Assembly (NCBI GenBank): GCA_903920205.1
Contig: CAIXLI010000063.1
Span: 7,913 to 71,912 of the forward strand
From: an uncultured Pseudomonadota bacterium
Lineage (GTDB): Bacteria; Pseudomonadota; Alphaproteobacteria; UBA9219
Reading direction: 5' to 3'
DNA length: 64,000 nt
Shown one piece after another: positions 39,687 to 49,905 of the stretch. The notes beneath the pieces were generated by a model. The model ran no database searches. It was not told the DNA's origin and saw only the letters and a program-made list of their open reading frames with translations. Position 1 is the first letter of the stretch; every line of letters starts with the position of its first letter. The position numbers and the translations under genes were made by a program.

Positions 39687-39789
39687 AATTGCTCTCCGCG
39701 AACGACCGAACAGGTCTATAGGTTTTTCCGAACGCCGTTATGGCAAAGTCGGGGGCTTTAAGCAACATGATGGTTAATGACCGAAGCGG

Positions 39790-40632
39790 CTATGCCGCAT
39801 CCCGCAACGCCGCCGCCAAGGCAACGACCCGCGCCATAAACTTCACGTCATGCACGCGCACAATATCCGCGCCCAGCATCACGGCGATAGCGACGCTGGC
39901 GGCGGTGCCTTCCAGTCTTTCATCGACGGGCAAATCCAAAACATGTCCGATAAAAGATTTGCGCGAGGGCGCGATAAGAACGGGGAAGCCCAAAGCCTTA
40001 AGCCGCCCCGACTGCGCAATCAGGGCGAGATTCTGTTGCGGCGTTTTGCCGAACCCGATGCCCGGGTCGAGAATAATCTTGTCCCGCGCTACACCTGAAG
40101 CCACAGCATAATCGATCCGCTCCTTCAAAGCGTCGACAACCTCGGCAACGACATCCCCGTATTCCGGCGCATCATAATGCCCGCCGATTTTTGTGTCGCG
40201 GCTGACGGCATTCTGCGCCGCACGATTATGCATCAACACAACGGTGGCTCCATGCCGCGCGGCGACCTCGCCCATTCGTGGATCGCCCGTCAACGCTGTA
40301 ATGTCGTTCAGGATTGAAGCCCCTGCTTGTAAGGCCTGTTCCGCGACATCCGCCTTCACGGTATCGACGGCGATCAGGCGCTCCGTGCCGAACTTGTTTT
40401 TCAGCGCAACGATCACGGGAACGACGCGGCGGATTTCTTCTTCGGCGGGAACGGAAACCGACCCCGGACGGGAACTTTCGCCCCCTATATCCAGAATATC
40501 CGCTCCATCCATCGCCATGCGTTCGGCTTGCGCCACGGCGCTAGCGACATAATCGTTCTGAGTCAGAAGTCCGTCGCCGGAAAAAGAATCCGGCGTCACG
40601 TTAACGATGCCCATGACCAAGGGGCGTTTCAT
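39790..40632 (-). CDS. folP: dihydropteroate synthase
   Basis: MGIVNVTPDSFSGDG is the DHPS signature. 280 aa. Confidence 0.9.
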   Translation of the reverse strand: MKRPLVMGIVNVTPDSFSGDGLLTQNDYVASAVAQAERMAMDGADILDIGGESSRPGSVSVPAEEEIRRVVPVIVALKNKFGTERLIAVDTVKADVAEQALQAGASILNDITALTGDPRMGEVAARHGATVVLMHNRAAQNAVSRDTKIGGHYDAPEYGDVVAEVVDALKERIDYAVASGVARDKIILDPGIGFGKTPQQNLALIAQSGRLKALGFPVLIAPSRKSFIGHVLDLPVDERLEGTAASVAIAVMLGADIVRVHDVKFMARVVALAAALRDAA

Positions 40633-41132
40633 GAAAGAAGCGCACCAAGAGACATCACGGTGTTAGAAGGCAAAAGCGCGCACATCTCTGCCACTGTCTG
40701 CCCATTTTTCGGATGCCGCCACTCAGGCGCGATATCGCTCAAAGGATGCAACACAAAATCGCGCTCCGCCACACGGCGGTGGGGGATGCTCAGTTCCGGC
40801 GTGTCCACAATCCTGTCGCCGTACAATATAATGTCGATATCAATCACGCGCGGGCCATAGCGATAGGTGGGGGTGCGCCCGATTTCGCTTTCAATATCCT
40901 TCGCCGTCCACAAAAGAGCCAGCGGTTCCAGTTTAGTCATGCCGATAACCACAGCGTTTAAAAACGGTGGCTGGTCTGTGACGTAAAGCGGGGCTGTTTC
41001 GTAAACGGGAGAAAGCGCCGTTATCTCGACATAAGGCGCCAAAGCCTTGATCGCCTGACGCAGGGAATCAAGGCGGTCGCCGAGGTTAGAGCCAAGCGCA
41101 AGCGCGACGGGGATTGTCGGAGCATTAGTCAT
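40629..41132 (-). CDS. folK: 2-amino-4-hydroxy-6-hydroxymethyldihydropteridine pyrophosphokinase
   Basis: VALALGSNLGDR...YETAPL is the HPPK signature. Overlaps the folP start by 4 bp. Confidence 0.88.
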   Translation of the reverse strand: MTNAPTIPVALALGSNLGDRLDSLRQAIKALAPYVEITALSPVYETAPLYVTDQPPFLNAVVIGMTKLEPLALLWTAKDIESEIGRTPTYRYGPRVIDIDIILYGDRIVDTPELSIPHRRVAERDFVLHPLSDIAPEWRHPKNGQTVAEMCALLPSNTVMSLGALLS

Positions 41133-41802
41133 CTCTCTCCTCTAAAACTTTTCGCGCCAAAACGATAGTGATTTTCCGCCCCTCCGCCAAGGCGGCGCGG
41201 TCAAGCCGGTCGACTAAATCCCGAATGCCGGCGGCGTCACGGGGGATACGCGGGGCGAGATAGGCCACAACCCCCGCATCAAGAGCAACCTGCCTGTCGC
41301 GGAACTGCTTAACAATCAACGCCTCCAAAAGCGTATCGTCGGGGGCACCCAAAAGAGCAGCCGGAAAGGTCAGCAAGCGCGACCGCAAATCAGGCAACCT
41401 AAACCCCGCTTGTCCCGCTCCGCATTTCATCGTTAGGACAAGCGAGCCTTGGATTGTTTTAATATGGTTATAAAGGTGAAACAGCTTTTCTTCAGCCACG
41501 GCATTGCCCGCCAAAGCGTCGGCATCGTCCAAGGCAATCGCGGTCGTTGCGGCGGTTAAAGCAGCGGAATCTTCCGCGAGCAACTTCGGCAATGTCAGCA
41601 GCCTGCCTCCGCTTTTGGTCAGCCATAAATTCAGCAAATGGGTTTTGCCGCTGCCCGAAAGTCCCGTCAGGATCAGCCCATGCGAAGGCCAATCGGGCCA
41701 CTTCTCGACCCAGGAAGCGGCCTCGCGGTTACAGGGCGTGACCAGAAAATCGTCCGCGCTCATCGCCGCATCATGGGGCAAAGGCAGGGGAAGCTGAATC
41801 AT
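41125..41802 (-). CDS. hda: DnaA-related regulatory inactivator Hda (HdaA)
   Basis: QLPLPLP N-terminus and Walker A LTGLSGSGKTHLL. 225 aa, a DnaA domain III-like AAA+ protein. Confidence 0.75.
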   Translation of the reverse strand: MIQLPLPLPHDAAMSADDFLVTPCNREAASWVEKWPDWPSHGLILTGLSGSGKTHLLNLWLTKSGGRLLTLPKLLAEDSAALTAATTAIALDDADALAGNAVAEEKLFHLYNHIKTIQGSLVLTMKCGAGQAGFRLPDLRSRLLTFPAALLGAPDDTLLEALIVKQFRDRQVALDAGVVAYLAPRIPRDAAGIRDLVDRLDRAALAEGRKITIVLARKVLEERDD

Positions 41803-42857
41803 TTATAGATCGCGCTGGCTTTGTATTGCCGCACGCCGAAACGCACTAGAACGCCTATTACGGCGGCGGTCGGCACGGCGATTAGAACACCAGTAAAGCC
41901 CATCAGTTTGACGCCTGAAATCAAGGCAAACAAAATCCAAACAGGGTGCAGCCCGACGCGGTTGCCGACGAAACGAGGCGTCAGTACATAGGCTTCAAAG
42001 AAATGCCCGATAGCGAACACGGCGATAACCAAGCTGATCCGCAGCCAATCGCCGTCGAATTGTACGCAGGCCAAAATAACGCTGGTCGCCCAGCCAAAGA
42101 CGGTGCCGACATACGGGATGATGGTCAAAATGCCCGCGATGATACCGACCGTCGCGCCGTATTTCAGCCCGTTCATCGCCAATCCGACGCTGTAAACGAC
42201 GCCCAAAATAACGCACACAATCGCCTGCCCGCGCAAAAATCCGGACAAAGTCTGGTCGATTTCGGTCATTTGTTCGCGGATGACGGCGTAATGACGACGG
42301 GGGATCAACTGGTCGATCACCTTGGTCAATTTTCCCCAATCCTTCAAAACATGGAACGCCGTGACGGGGGTCAGAATCGATAAAGCGATGGCGTCGACCA
42401 AGGCGAAGCCGCCGCTGACGATGCTTTTGACCGTATGACTAACCCACCCCACCGCATCGCCCGTGGATTGCGTCGCCGCATCGCGGATTTTCTCGACGTC
42501 CTCGGGCGAGAACCGCGCCAGCCAATCCTGCGCCCAAGGCAAATAATGTTCGCGGATTTTGGCGATATAATCGGGCAGGGCGTTAATCAAAGCGCCGAAC
42601 TGATGGTTCAGCATGGGCCATATCAGAAGGACAATCGCCACCACGACAAACAAAAATCCCGATAAAACGACCAAAGCCCCGATCCACCTCCGCACTTTGC
42701 GTTTTTCCAGCGCTGTCACGGCGGGCTCCAGAAAATAAGCAATCGCCAACCCTGCCAAAAACGGCACCAAGACAGGTTTAAAAAGCCATAAAACAACAGC
42801 CAGCGCCGCCAAAAGCAATAGCCAGAAGCGCAGCGTAAAATTATTGGTCGTGGTCAT
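41799..42857 (-). CDS. AI-2E family transporter (PerM/YhhT, UPF0118)
   Basis: 352 aa and about eight transmembrane helices with a typical AI-2E hydrophobicity pattern. Confidence 0.75.
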   Translation of the reverse strand: MTTTNNFTLRFWLLLLAALAVVLWLFKPVLVPFLAGLAIAYFLEPAVTALEKRKVRRWIGALVVLSGFLFVVVAIVLLIWPMLNHQFGALINALPDYIAKIREHYLPWAQDWLARFSPEDVEKIRDAATQSTGDAVGWVSHTVKSIVSGGFALVDAIALSILTPVTAFHVLKDWGKLTKVIDQLIPRRHYAVIREQMTEIDQTLSGFLRGQAIVCVILGVVYSVGLAMNGLKYGATVGIIAGILTIIPYVGTVFGWATSVILACVQFDGDWLRISLVIAVFAIGHFFEAYVLTPRFVGNRVGLHPVWILFALISGVKLMGFTGVLIAVPTAAVIGVLVRFGVRQYKASAIYK

Positions 42858-43076
42858 GAGGTGTCCTTTTCCCTATGCGAGACCGACAGATTACCCGATT
42901 TTGAAAAAAGGTCGAGGGTTAAGCTGGGAAAGCGGTGCAACCAGAATTTCAGGAAGAACAGGAAAAAACGGTAGCGTTAACCCCAGATTCCCATTGTGTA
43001 AGGATTATGTGCCCTCTACCGTCAGGCCGTATGAAGAAAACAAGCCCTAAATCGCTCATCCACAGGAGAGTGCGTA

Positions 43077-43790
43077 ATGTCTTTCAGCCTTGATAAGGTC
43101 GTCCCCTGGGGGCGCACTTACGAAGAATATATCGCTATGTTCTGCCTTGACGAGCAGGATTTACAGAAAGAAATTCTCGGCTGCGGCGATGGCCCTGCGA
43201 GCTTTAACGCGGAGTTTTCCAAACACGGCGGCAAGATCGTTTCCATTGACCCGATTTATCAATTTGCGCAAGACGAAATCGCCCAGCGCACAGAGGAAGC
43301 ACGCCACCTCATCATGGCGCAGATACGCGCCAACGCCGACGAACAGGTTTGGGGGCAGGGTATCGATTCGCCCGACCATCTCGAACAAATTCGCGTCACG
43401 GCGATGAGTGTCTTTCTCGCGGATTATCTGCAAGGAAAGAAAGCCGGTCGCTATATCCCCGCCGCGTTGCCTAAGCTCGATTTTTCTGACAGGAAATTCG
43501 GACTCGCGCTCTGTTCCCATTTTTTGCTCCATTACGCGGAACAGCTTGACTTGGATTTTCACCTGACGTCTTTGCGCGAGCTATGCCGTGTCGCCGACGA
43601 AGTGCGGGTGTTCCCTATTCTGGAACTTGGTGCCAAAAGATCGCGGCACGTCGACCCTGTCGTGGCGAGGTTATCCGCCGAAGGGTATAAAGTTTCTATT
43701 CAGCGCGTTGGGTACGAGTTTATCAAAGGAGGCAATGAAATGCTTATCGTCAAGCCTTCACTGCGGGCGATCACGCTCTTGCCTCAATAG
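43077..43790 (+). CDS. putative class I SAM-dependent methyltransferase-like protein
   Basis: ILGCGDGPASFNAEF is a glycine-rich motif I-like segment. 237 aa. Weak call. Confidence 0.4.
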   Translation: MSFSLDKVVPWGRTYEEYIAMFCLDEQDLQKEILGCGDGPASFNAEFSKHGGKIVSIDPIYQFAQDEIAQRTEEARHLIMAQIRANADEQVWGQGIDSPDHLEQIRVTAMSVFLADYLQGKKAGRYIPAALPKLDFSDRKFGLALCSHFLLHYAEQLDLDFHLTSLRELCRVADEVRVFPILELGAKRSRHVDPVVARLSAEGYKVSIQRVGYEFIKGGNEMLIVKPSLRAITLLPQ

Positions 43791-43799
43791 GGAAGAAAC

Positions 43800-44966
43800 A
43801 TGAAAACAGTTGCCACCCATACTTTTCGCGGCTCCGAAGGTGGAGCGGAACACACCATCATGATCCAAGCCCCTGGGCACATAGGCTTTGCCGAACAAGT
43901 CAAGTTTATCGAACGTTATTACAAAGAGGCGCAGGAGAAATTGGGGCTTGATCCCAAAACCGCCATATTCCGGCGTTTTTTTCTCAGCGATGTTTTGAAC
44001 CAAGCGGAAGCTGTTCGTCAAAGTGCTCTAGCCGATGAGAGGGAGGACAATCCCGTCGCCCTCTCCCTTCTTCAGCAATCGCCCTTGCCGGAGTCCAAAA
44101 TCGCCATGTTGGCCTATCATATAGATAACGCGACCTTGATAAAAAAGAAGCGCCTCTCGCCCTACCACCTTCTCGTCGAGAAAAACGGCAAGCGCCATCT
44201 TTGGAGCACGGGGCTTTGCTCTGATGCCTATGACGGCCAGCCGCCAACCTCGCCTGCCGAGCAAACGAAGGCGGGGTTTGGCGACGCGGTCGCGCTGCTT
44301 GCGAGCCAGGGTGGTTCATTAAAAACGAACGGCGTTCGCGCATGGATTTACCTTAAGGACGTCGATGTCTTTTATGCGGGCATGGTCGAAAGCCGCCGTG
44401 AGCTTTTTAAGAAACTGGGCATGAACGGCGATACGCATTACATCGCCGCGACCGCCATCGAAGGCGCTCCGGCGCACAAGAACGGTCTGGTTGCAATCGA
44501 CCTTTATTCCCAGCTCGACCTTAAGCCGGAACAAGTTACGTTCCTTTACGACCCCGATTATCTGCCGTTCCGTAATCATCAGGTCGTTTTCGAATATGGA
44601 ACGAAAATAGATTACCGTGACCGCGCTCATCTTTTCCCGTCAGGAACGGGCAGCGTCGACCCGTCGCTTATAATTCTGTATAAGGGCGATGTGATGCGCC
44701 AACTTGAACGTTCACTAGAAAATGTCGAAGCCTTGCTTCGTGCCGGAAAGGCGGGTCTACAAGACCTTACGCACCTGATCGTGTATTTGCGCGACCTGAC
44801 AGATTATCAACGCGTCGGGCAATACCTTGACGAGCGATTTGCCAATTTGCCCAAAATCATCGTCCAAGCTCCCGTCTGCAATCCCGATTGGCTTGTCGAG
44901 ATCGAAGGGGCGGCTATTATTGCGAATAACCCCGCCAATGAAGGCAAGACTTTCCCGTCTTTCTGA
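43800..44966 (+). CDS. tandem RidA/YjgF-fold protein, possibly of the chorismatase (FkbO/Hyg5/XanB2) family
   Basis: The C-terminal half NVEALLRAGKAGLQDLTHLIVYLRDLTDYQRVGQYLDERFANLPKIIVQAPVCNPDWLVEIEGAAI matches the RidA signature region. The N-terminal half has a second Rid-like segment. 388 aa, far longer than a single Rid domain. Confidence 0.45.
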   Translation: MKTVATHTFRGSEGGAEHTIMIQAPGHIGFAEQVKFIERYYKEAQEKLGLDPKTAIFRRFFLSDVLNQAEAVRQSALADEREDNPVALSLLQQSPLPESKIAMLAYHIDNATLIKKKRLSPYHLLVEKNGKRHLWSTGLCSDAYDGQPPTSPAEQTKAGFGDAVALLASQGGSLKTNGVRAWIYLKDVDVFYAGMVESRRELFKKLGMNGDTHYIAATAIEGAPAHKNGLVAIDLYSQLDLKPEQVTFLYDPDYLPFRNHQVVFEYGTKIDYRDRAHLFPSGTGSVDPSLIILYKGDVMRQLERSLENVEALLRAGKAGLQDLTHLIVYLRDLTDYQRVGQYLDERFANLPKIIVQAPVCNPDWLVEIEGAAIIANNPANEGKTFPSF

Positions 44967-44968
44967 CG

Positions 44969-45967
44969 TTATTGTGCAATCTTCCCCGCCCCAATTAACC
45001 CGCACAAATCCTGCTGCGGCCTTGGCCCGTAATGGCTGATAACTTCCGAAGCGGCGATGGCGGCTATCCTGCCGCATTCGGGCAGGGGTTTGCCTTGCGT
45101 CAGCCCGTATAGAAATCCTGCTGCAAAAAGATCGCCCGCGCCTGTCGTATCGATCACGGAAGGGGCGGGGTGCGCTGGTATTTCAAAAATCTGGTCTGCT
45201 GCCGCGATAATCGCGCCTTGGGCTCCGCGCGTCACCACGACGATCTCGGTATGGGCGCGAACGGCGTCAAGCGCGGAACGAACGTCTTGTGTTTGATAAA
45301 GTTCTTTAATCTCGTTCTCGTTGGCGAAAAGAATATCGACATCGCCGCGCACCAAATCCAAAAACGCCCCCCGATGCCGCAACACGCAAAAAACATCCGA
45401 CAGGGTCAGCGATAATTTGCGCCCCGCCTCATGCGCCAAGCGTGCCGCTTTGCCGAAAGCCTGCTGCGCGGCGGGCTTGTCAAACAAATAGCCCTCCAAG
45501 TAAGTGATCGCCGCGTTTTGTACCACAGCAGCATCAACATCCTCGGGGCCGAACTCCACGGCGGCTCCCAAAAAAGTCGTCATGCTACGCTGCGCATCCG
45601 GCGTCACAAGGATCAAGCAGCGCCCCGTCGACAGATCGGGCGATAAAGGCGTCGTGAAATGAATCTTCTGTGCGTGAAGATCATGCGTAAAAACCTCGCC
45701 AAACTGGTCGCGCCCCACCTTGCCCATAAAAGCGCATAAGCCGCCTAAAGAAGCAAACCCCGCCATGCTGTTGGCGGCAGAGCCGCCCGATGACATTTCA
45801 ACGGCAGATCCGGCGCGGGCATAAAGCGCGGCAGATGTCTCGTCATCCACCAAAGTCATCGCGCCTTTGGCCACCTGATTGGCCTGCAGAAAAGCGTCGT
45901 CGGTCGAAACGATAATATCTACAAGCGCGTTTCCGATGGAGCAAAGGTCGTAAGAAGGGCGGGGCAT
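44969..45967 (-). CDS. PfkB-family carbohydrate/nucleoside kinase (adenosine kinase-like)
   Basis: N-terminal SIGNALVDI and C-terminal DTTGAGDLFAAGFLYG, the PfkB signature 2. Start MPRPSYDL at 45967. Confidence 0.8.
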   Translation of the reverse strand: MPRPSYDLCSIGNALVDIIVSTDDAFLQANQVAKGAMTLVDDETSAALYARAGSAVEMSSGGSAANSMAGFASLGGLCAFMGKVGRDQFGEVFTHDLHAQKIHFTTPLSPDLSTGRCLILVTPDAQRSMTTFLGAAVEFGPEDVDAAVVQNAAITYLEGYLFDKPAAQQAFGKAARLAHEAGRKLSLTLSDVFCVLRHRGAFLDLVRGDVDILFANENEIKELYQTQDVRSALDAVRAHTEIVVVTRGAQGAIIAAADQIFEIPAHPAPSVIDTTGAGDLFAAGFLYGLTQGKPLPECGRIAAIAASEVISHYGPRPQQDLCGLIGAGKIAQ

Positions 45968-46207
45968 AATAAAACCATAGGTTGTTGTCGTGATGGGGTG
46001 TTCTCGTGATGGGGTTTGCCCTGGCGGCGGCAAAACAAAAATATTTGTCCGAAAAAAGGTTCATGTTTTTCCGACATTTACGTCTTTAGCAACATTGTTT
46101 CCTTTTCACAACAGGGGGTGTTTTGGGAATCATTTCCTTGCCTTCTTCGTTAAAGATGTGTTAACCGTCGAGTCCACAGTTTGCACTTCATTTCGCAGGA
46201 GTAACGA

Positions 46208-46807
46208 ATGTTCGGTCCAAGAGATAAATCCAAAAACGACACGCAAGAAATCACCACGGAAGACACCTCTTCCGCCGCTCTGCGCACCGAACAGCCCTCC
46301 GGCTTGCCGCGCGCCTCAACGCCTTCTTCGAACCGCCGCTTGCCGGAAGTAAGCCGCCGTTCTTCGTCCAGCAGTGCCGATGGGCGCAAGCTGATCGTTG
46401 GCGACGGGCTGTCTTTGTCGGGCGAAATCACCTCCTGCGATATTCTGGTCGTGGCGGGTAAGGTCGAAGCCAAGCTGACCGATGGCAAACTTCTTGAAAT
46501 CAACGAAACAGGCCAATTCCGCGGCAGCGTCGAGATTGAAAATGCCGATATCGCCGGTCGTTATGATGGCCAATTGGTCGTCCATGGTCGTTTGACCGTG
46601 CGTTCGACCGGTCGCATCAGCGGCATGGTCAAGTATGGTGAATTGGAAGTCAGCGCCGGCGGTCAGATTATCGGCGAATTGCAGGTTACGGGCGGTGGCG
46701 CAAACAGCGCACAAACGACCGGAACCGGCGGCTTCAAAAGCGCGGCAAAATTCACCTCGCTTCTTGACGACGAAGGAAGCTCCTCGGACGAACGCAAAAG
46801 CGCATAA
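46208..46807 (+). CDS. bactofilin (CcmA-family cytoskeletal protein)
   Basis: Central DUF583 beta-helical repeats LIVGDGLSLSGEITSCDILVVAGKVEAKL...VHGRLTVRSTGRISGMVKYGELEVSAGGQIIG, flanked by disordered tails. Confidence 0.8.
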   Translation: MFGPRDKSKNDTQEITTEDTSSAALRTEQPSGLPRASTPSSNRRLPEVSRRSSSSSADGRKLIVGDGLSLSGEITSCDILVVAGKVEAKLTDGKLLEINETGQFRGSVEIENADIAGRYDGQLVVHGRLTVRSTGRISGMVKYGELEVSAGGQIIGELQVTGGGANSAQTTGTGGFKSAAKFTSLLDDEGSSSDERKSA

Positions 46808-46834
46808 TTTCCTGGCTTAGATTCCTGTCACTAA

Positions 46835-46869
46835 AATGCCACTACTTGCAAAGTAGTGGCATTTTTTTA
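46835..46869 (+). terminator. rho-independent terminator of the bactofilin gene
   Basis: Perfect 13-bp stem AATGCCACTACTT/AAGTAGTGGCATT with a 3-nt loop, followed by T6. Confidence 0.85.
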
Positions 46870-47034
46870 TTGCGCACAGTTAAGTCATTCAGAAAAAAAA
46901 GAAATTTTTGTAGTCTACTCTTGTGTGCACTGCAAAAAAAACGTGACAACGCGTTAATCATAATATATTAATTAACCCTAACGAGGGGGCGTTCCGACCC
47001 TCTGTTTTTGATCTTTTCTGAGCCACATGGAGGC

Positions 47035-47532
47035 ATGATGTCGAAGCCGTTTACCAATCCTTTTTTTGAGGCCGATATGTCTAAGGTGTTTGACACGTCC
47101 AAGTTCTTCGATCTGTCGAAGACATTTGACATGTCGAAGATGACTGGTCCCTGTTCCATTCCTCAATTCGACATCGAAGCCGCTTTTGCGCTTCAACGCA
47201 AGAATGTCGAAGCGTTCACTGCGTTAAGCCAGACCGCTTACGAAAACATTCAGTCGCTGTGGCGCCGTCAAACCGACAGCTGCCGCCAGATGATGGAAGA
47301 GCTGACACAAAGCATGCAAGCCACGATCACCAGCCCGACAACCGAGGGCAAGGCGAGCAAGCAAGCGGAAGTCAGCAAGGCCGCTCTCGACAAGTATATG
47401 GCCAGCCTGCGGGACGCTTCCGAGACGCTTGCCAAGTGCAATTCGCAAGTGATGGAAACCGTCAGCACGCGCATGAATGATAGCATTAGCGAACTGCGCG
47501 GGATCGTCAAGAAAACCGATTGCGCCGCTTAA
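47035..47532 (+). CDS. phasin-family PHA granule-associated protein
   Basis: FDIEAAFALQRKNVEAFTALSQTAYENIQSLWRRQTD is the phasin_2 pattern. RBS GGAGG 4-7 nt upstream of ATG at 47035. N-terminal degenerate repeats MSKVFDTSKFFDLSKTFDMSKM. Confidence 0.7.
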   Translation: MMSKPFTNPFFEADMSKVFDTSKFFDLSKTFDMSKMTGPCSIPQFDIEAAFALQRKNVEAFTALSQTAYENIQSLWRRQTDSCRQMMEELTQSMQATITSPTTEGKASKQAEVSKAALDKYMASLRDASETLAKCNSQVMETVSTRMNDSISELRGIVKKTDCAA

Positions 47533-47578
47533 GGGTTCCGCTATTTCCGGGAATCTGAGAAAAGTCGTTATAACGGGC

Positions 47579-47692
47579 ATGGTGCTTCTCAGCATCATGT
47601 CCGTTTCTGCGTGTGGGAAAAAGCCGCCGGATGTCGATCCTCCTTTGGGCAGCGAAGGCACTGTATTTCCTCGAGCCTACCCCGCGCCTTAA
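47579..47692 (+). CDS. possible small lipoprotein (37 aa)
   Basis: MVLLSIMSVSACGKK has a lipobox-like VSAC. Lies between the phasin gene and dnaJ. Speculative. Confidence 0.2.
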   Translation: MVLLSIMSVSACGKKPPDVDPPLGSEGTVFPRAYPAP

Positions 47693-47878
47693 ACAGACTA
47701 TCGACATCTTGCTCCTCTGGCGTACCGGCTTTGGTTCGCCCATTGTCATGAGGCCTTTCCTTCCCTATAAGAGCACGCAACGAAGGCGAGGACAGCGGTG
47801 CCCAAAAAGCTGCAAACTTTCTCGCACGGCGCCAACCCTTGACCCGCGAGGGGGAGCACAACAGTCAGGGGTTGATCG

Positions 47879-49030
47879 ATGCCAGCTAAAAAAGATTATT
47901 ACGAATTGTTGGGCGCCCAGCGCGGCGCTTCGGCGGACGAGCTGAAAAAGGCGTATCGTAAGCTGGCGATGCAGTACCATCCCGACCGCAATCACGGCAA
48001 GCCCGAGGCCGAGCATAAATTCAAGGAAATTAACGAAGCCTATGAAGTGCTGCGCGATGATCAGCGCCGCGCTGCTTATGACCGTTTTGGACATGCCGCC
48101 TTTGAACAAGGCGGTCCGGGCGGTATGGGGGGCGGCGGGTTCGGCGACTTTGGCTTTGGCTCGGGCTTTTCGGATATTTTCGACGAAATGTTCGGCGAAA
48201 TCATGGGCGGCGGACGGCGTCAGCAACCGCAGGGTGGTGCGCAACGCGGTGCGGATTTGCGTCACGACATGGATATCTCGCTCGAAGAGGCTTTCGCGGG
48301 CGTCACAAAAACAATTACCATTCCTAACACCGTGGCCTGCGATGGCTGCAAAGGCTCGGGTGCTGCCGCCGGAACCGCGCCCACCGAATGCGGGATGTGC
48401 AAAGGCCATGGTCGTGTGCGTGCGCAGCAAGGATTTTTCACGGTCGAACGCACATGCCCCACCTGCCAGGGCGTCGGTCGTGTCATCCATTCCCCCTGTA
48501 AAAAATGCGGCGGACAAGGGCGCGTTCACCAACAACGCACGCTGGCGGTCGAAATTCCCGCAGGCGTTGAAGACGGCATGCGTATCCGCCTGACCGGCGA
48601 AGGTTCCGCAGGTGTGCGCGGCGGTCATGCGGGCGATCTCTACGTCATTCTTGGAATCGAACAGCACAAGGTCTTCCAGCGTGACGGTGCAAATCTGTAC
48701 TGCCGCGTACCGATAGCGATGACGGCGGCGGCCTTGGGCGGTTTGATCGAAGTGCCGACCATCGACGGCGGCGTCGCCGAGGTCAAAATCGACGCAGGCA
48801 CGCAATCGGGCCACCGTGCGCGCATCAAACACAAGGGCATGTCCGTGCTGCGCGGCTCCTCGCGCGGCGATCTCTATGTCGAACTCGCGGTCGAAACGCC
48901 CGCGCATCTGACCAAACGGCAAAAAGAGCTTTTGGTCGAATTCGCGCTAGAAGCGGAAGAAAATGCGACCCACCCTGAAAGCGAAGGCTTCGTCGCACGC
49001 GTCAAAGAAGCCTTGGGCAGAAATAAATGA
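47879..49030 (+). CDS. dnaJ: molecular chaperone DnaJ
   Basis: J-domain with HPD, a G/F-rich region and four CxxCxGxG zinc-finger repeats. 383 aa. No dnaK lies upstream in this window. Confidence 0.95.
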   Translation: MPAKKDYYELLGAQRGASADELKKAYRKLAMQYHPDRNHGKPEAEHKFKEINEAYEVLRDDQRRAAYDRFGHAAFEQGGPGGMGGGGFGDFGFGSGFSDIFDEMFGEIMGGGRRQQPQGGAQRGADLRHDMDISLEEAFAGVTKTITIPNTVACDGCKGSGAAAGTAPTECGMCKGHGRVRAQQGFFTVERTCPTCQGVGRVIHSPCKKCGGQGRVHQQRTLAVEIPAGVEDGMRIRLTGEGSAGVRGGHAGDLYVILGIEQHKVFQRDGANLYCRVPIAMTAAALGGLIEVPTIDGGVAEVKIDAGTQSGHRARIKHKGMSVLRGSSRGDLYVELAVETPAHLTKRQKELLVEFALEAEENATHPESEGFVARVKEALGRNK

Positions 49031-49905
49031 CCCAATCTCGCGCCATGCTCTGCGCTTTGGCGGGTTTCTTTGCGTGGGTTGTCGTCGATGTTGCCATTAA
49101 GCTTGGCGCTCAGGGACAGGCTGCTCTTTCACCCTTCGTGATTATGGCTGTGCTGGGGACATTCGGCGCGGCGAGTCTTGTCGCGTCAACCCTCATCCGG
49201 CGCAAAGCAGCCCTGTTGCGCCCCAGAAGCTTGCGCGAACAAGCCCTTATAGCCATGTGCGCGATTAGCATTAATTACACCAACGTCATATCCCTTAAAC
49301 ATCTTCCTTTGACGATGTTTTACGTTGTCGTCTTTACAATACCGCTGATGATCGCGGTACTTTCGGCGGTGCTGAAACATGAAATCCTGACGCCCCTTAA
49401 AATCGTTTGCCTGATAACAGGGTTTTTGGGTGCTGCCCTTGCCATTGGCGTCCACGGCGGCGGCGGAGATTGGATCGGCTATTTAGCTGCTTTTATCAGC
49501 GTTTCCTCCTTTGCGACCTACACGATCTTGATGCGGAAGATATCTCAAACCGATACCGTCGAAAGCACCCAGTTTATCAATGCGTTATGCGTGGGCACTG
49601 TCGGCATTGTGGGGGCGCTGTCGCAATCCTCAGCCGCGCCAGTGGGCTGGGCGCTGGCGATTATGATCGTCGCAGGCGGTATCAATGTTTTGGGCAATGT
49701 TCTTTACAACACGGCGTTGCAAAATACGGCTTCGACCAATGTCGCGCAGCTTCACTACACGCAGATCATCTCCGGCGCGATTTTCGGGTATTTTCTCTGG
49801 CACGAAATTCCGACATGGAATCTGATTGCGGGATCGATCCTGATTATCGCCGCTGGCATGATCGTCGCCGGACAGGTGCGAAAGAATAACGGAACGGCGA
49901 GTTAA
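49027..49905 (+). CDS. DMT-superfamily (EamA-like) transporter
   Basis: 292 aa and ten predicted transmembrane helices in two EamA-like halves. Overlaps the dnaJ stop by 4 bp. Confidence 0.7.
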   Translation: MTQSRAMLCALAGFFAWVVVDVAIKLGAQGQAALSPFVIMAVLGTFGAASLVASTLIRRKAALLRPRSLREQALIAMCAISINYTNVISLKHLPLTMFYVVVFTIPLMIAVLSAVLKHEILTPLKIVCLITGFLGAALAIGVHGGGGDWIGYLAAFISVSSFATYTILMRKISQTDTVESTQFINALCVGTVGIVGALSQSSAAPVGWALAIMIVAGGINVLGNVLYNTALQNTASTNVAQLHYTQIISGAIFGYFLWHEIPTWNLIAGSILIIAAGMIVAGQVRKNNGTAS

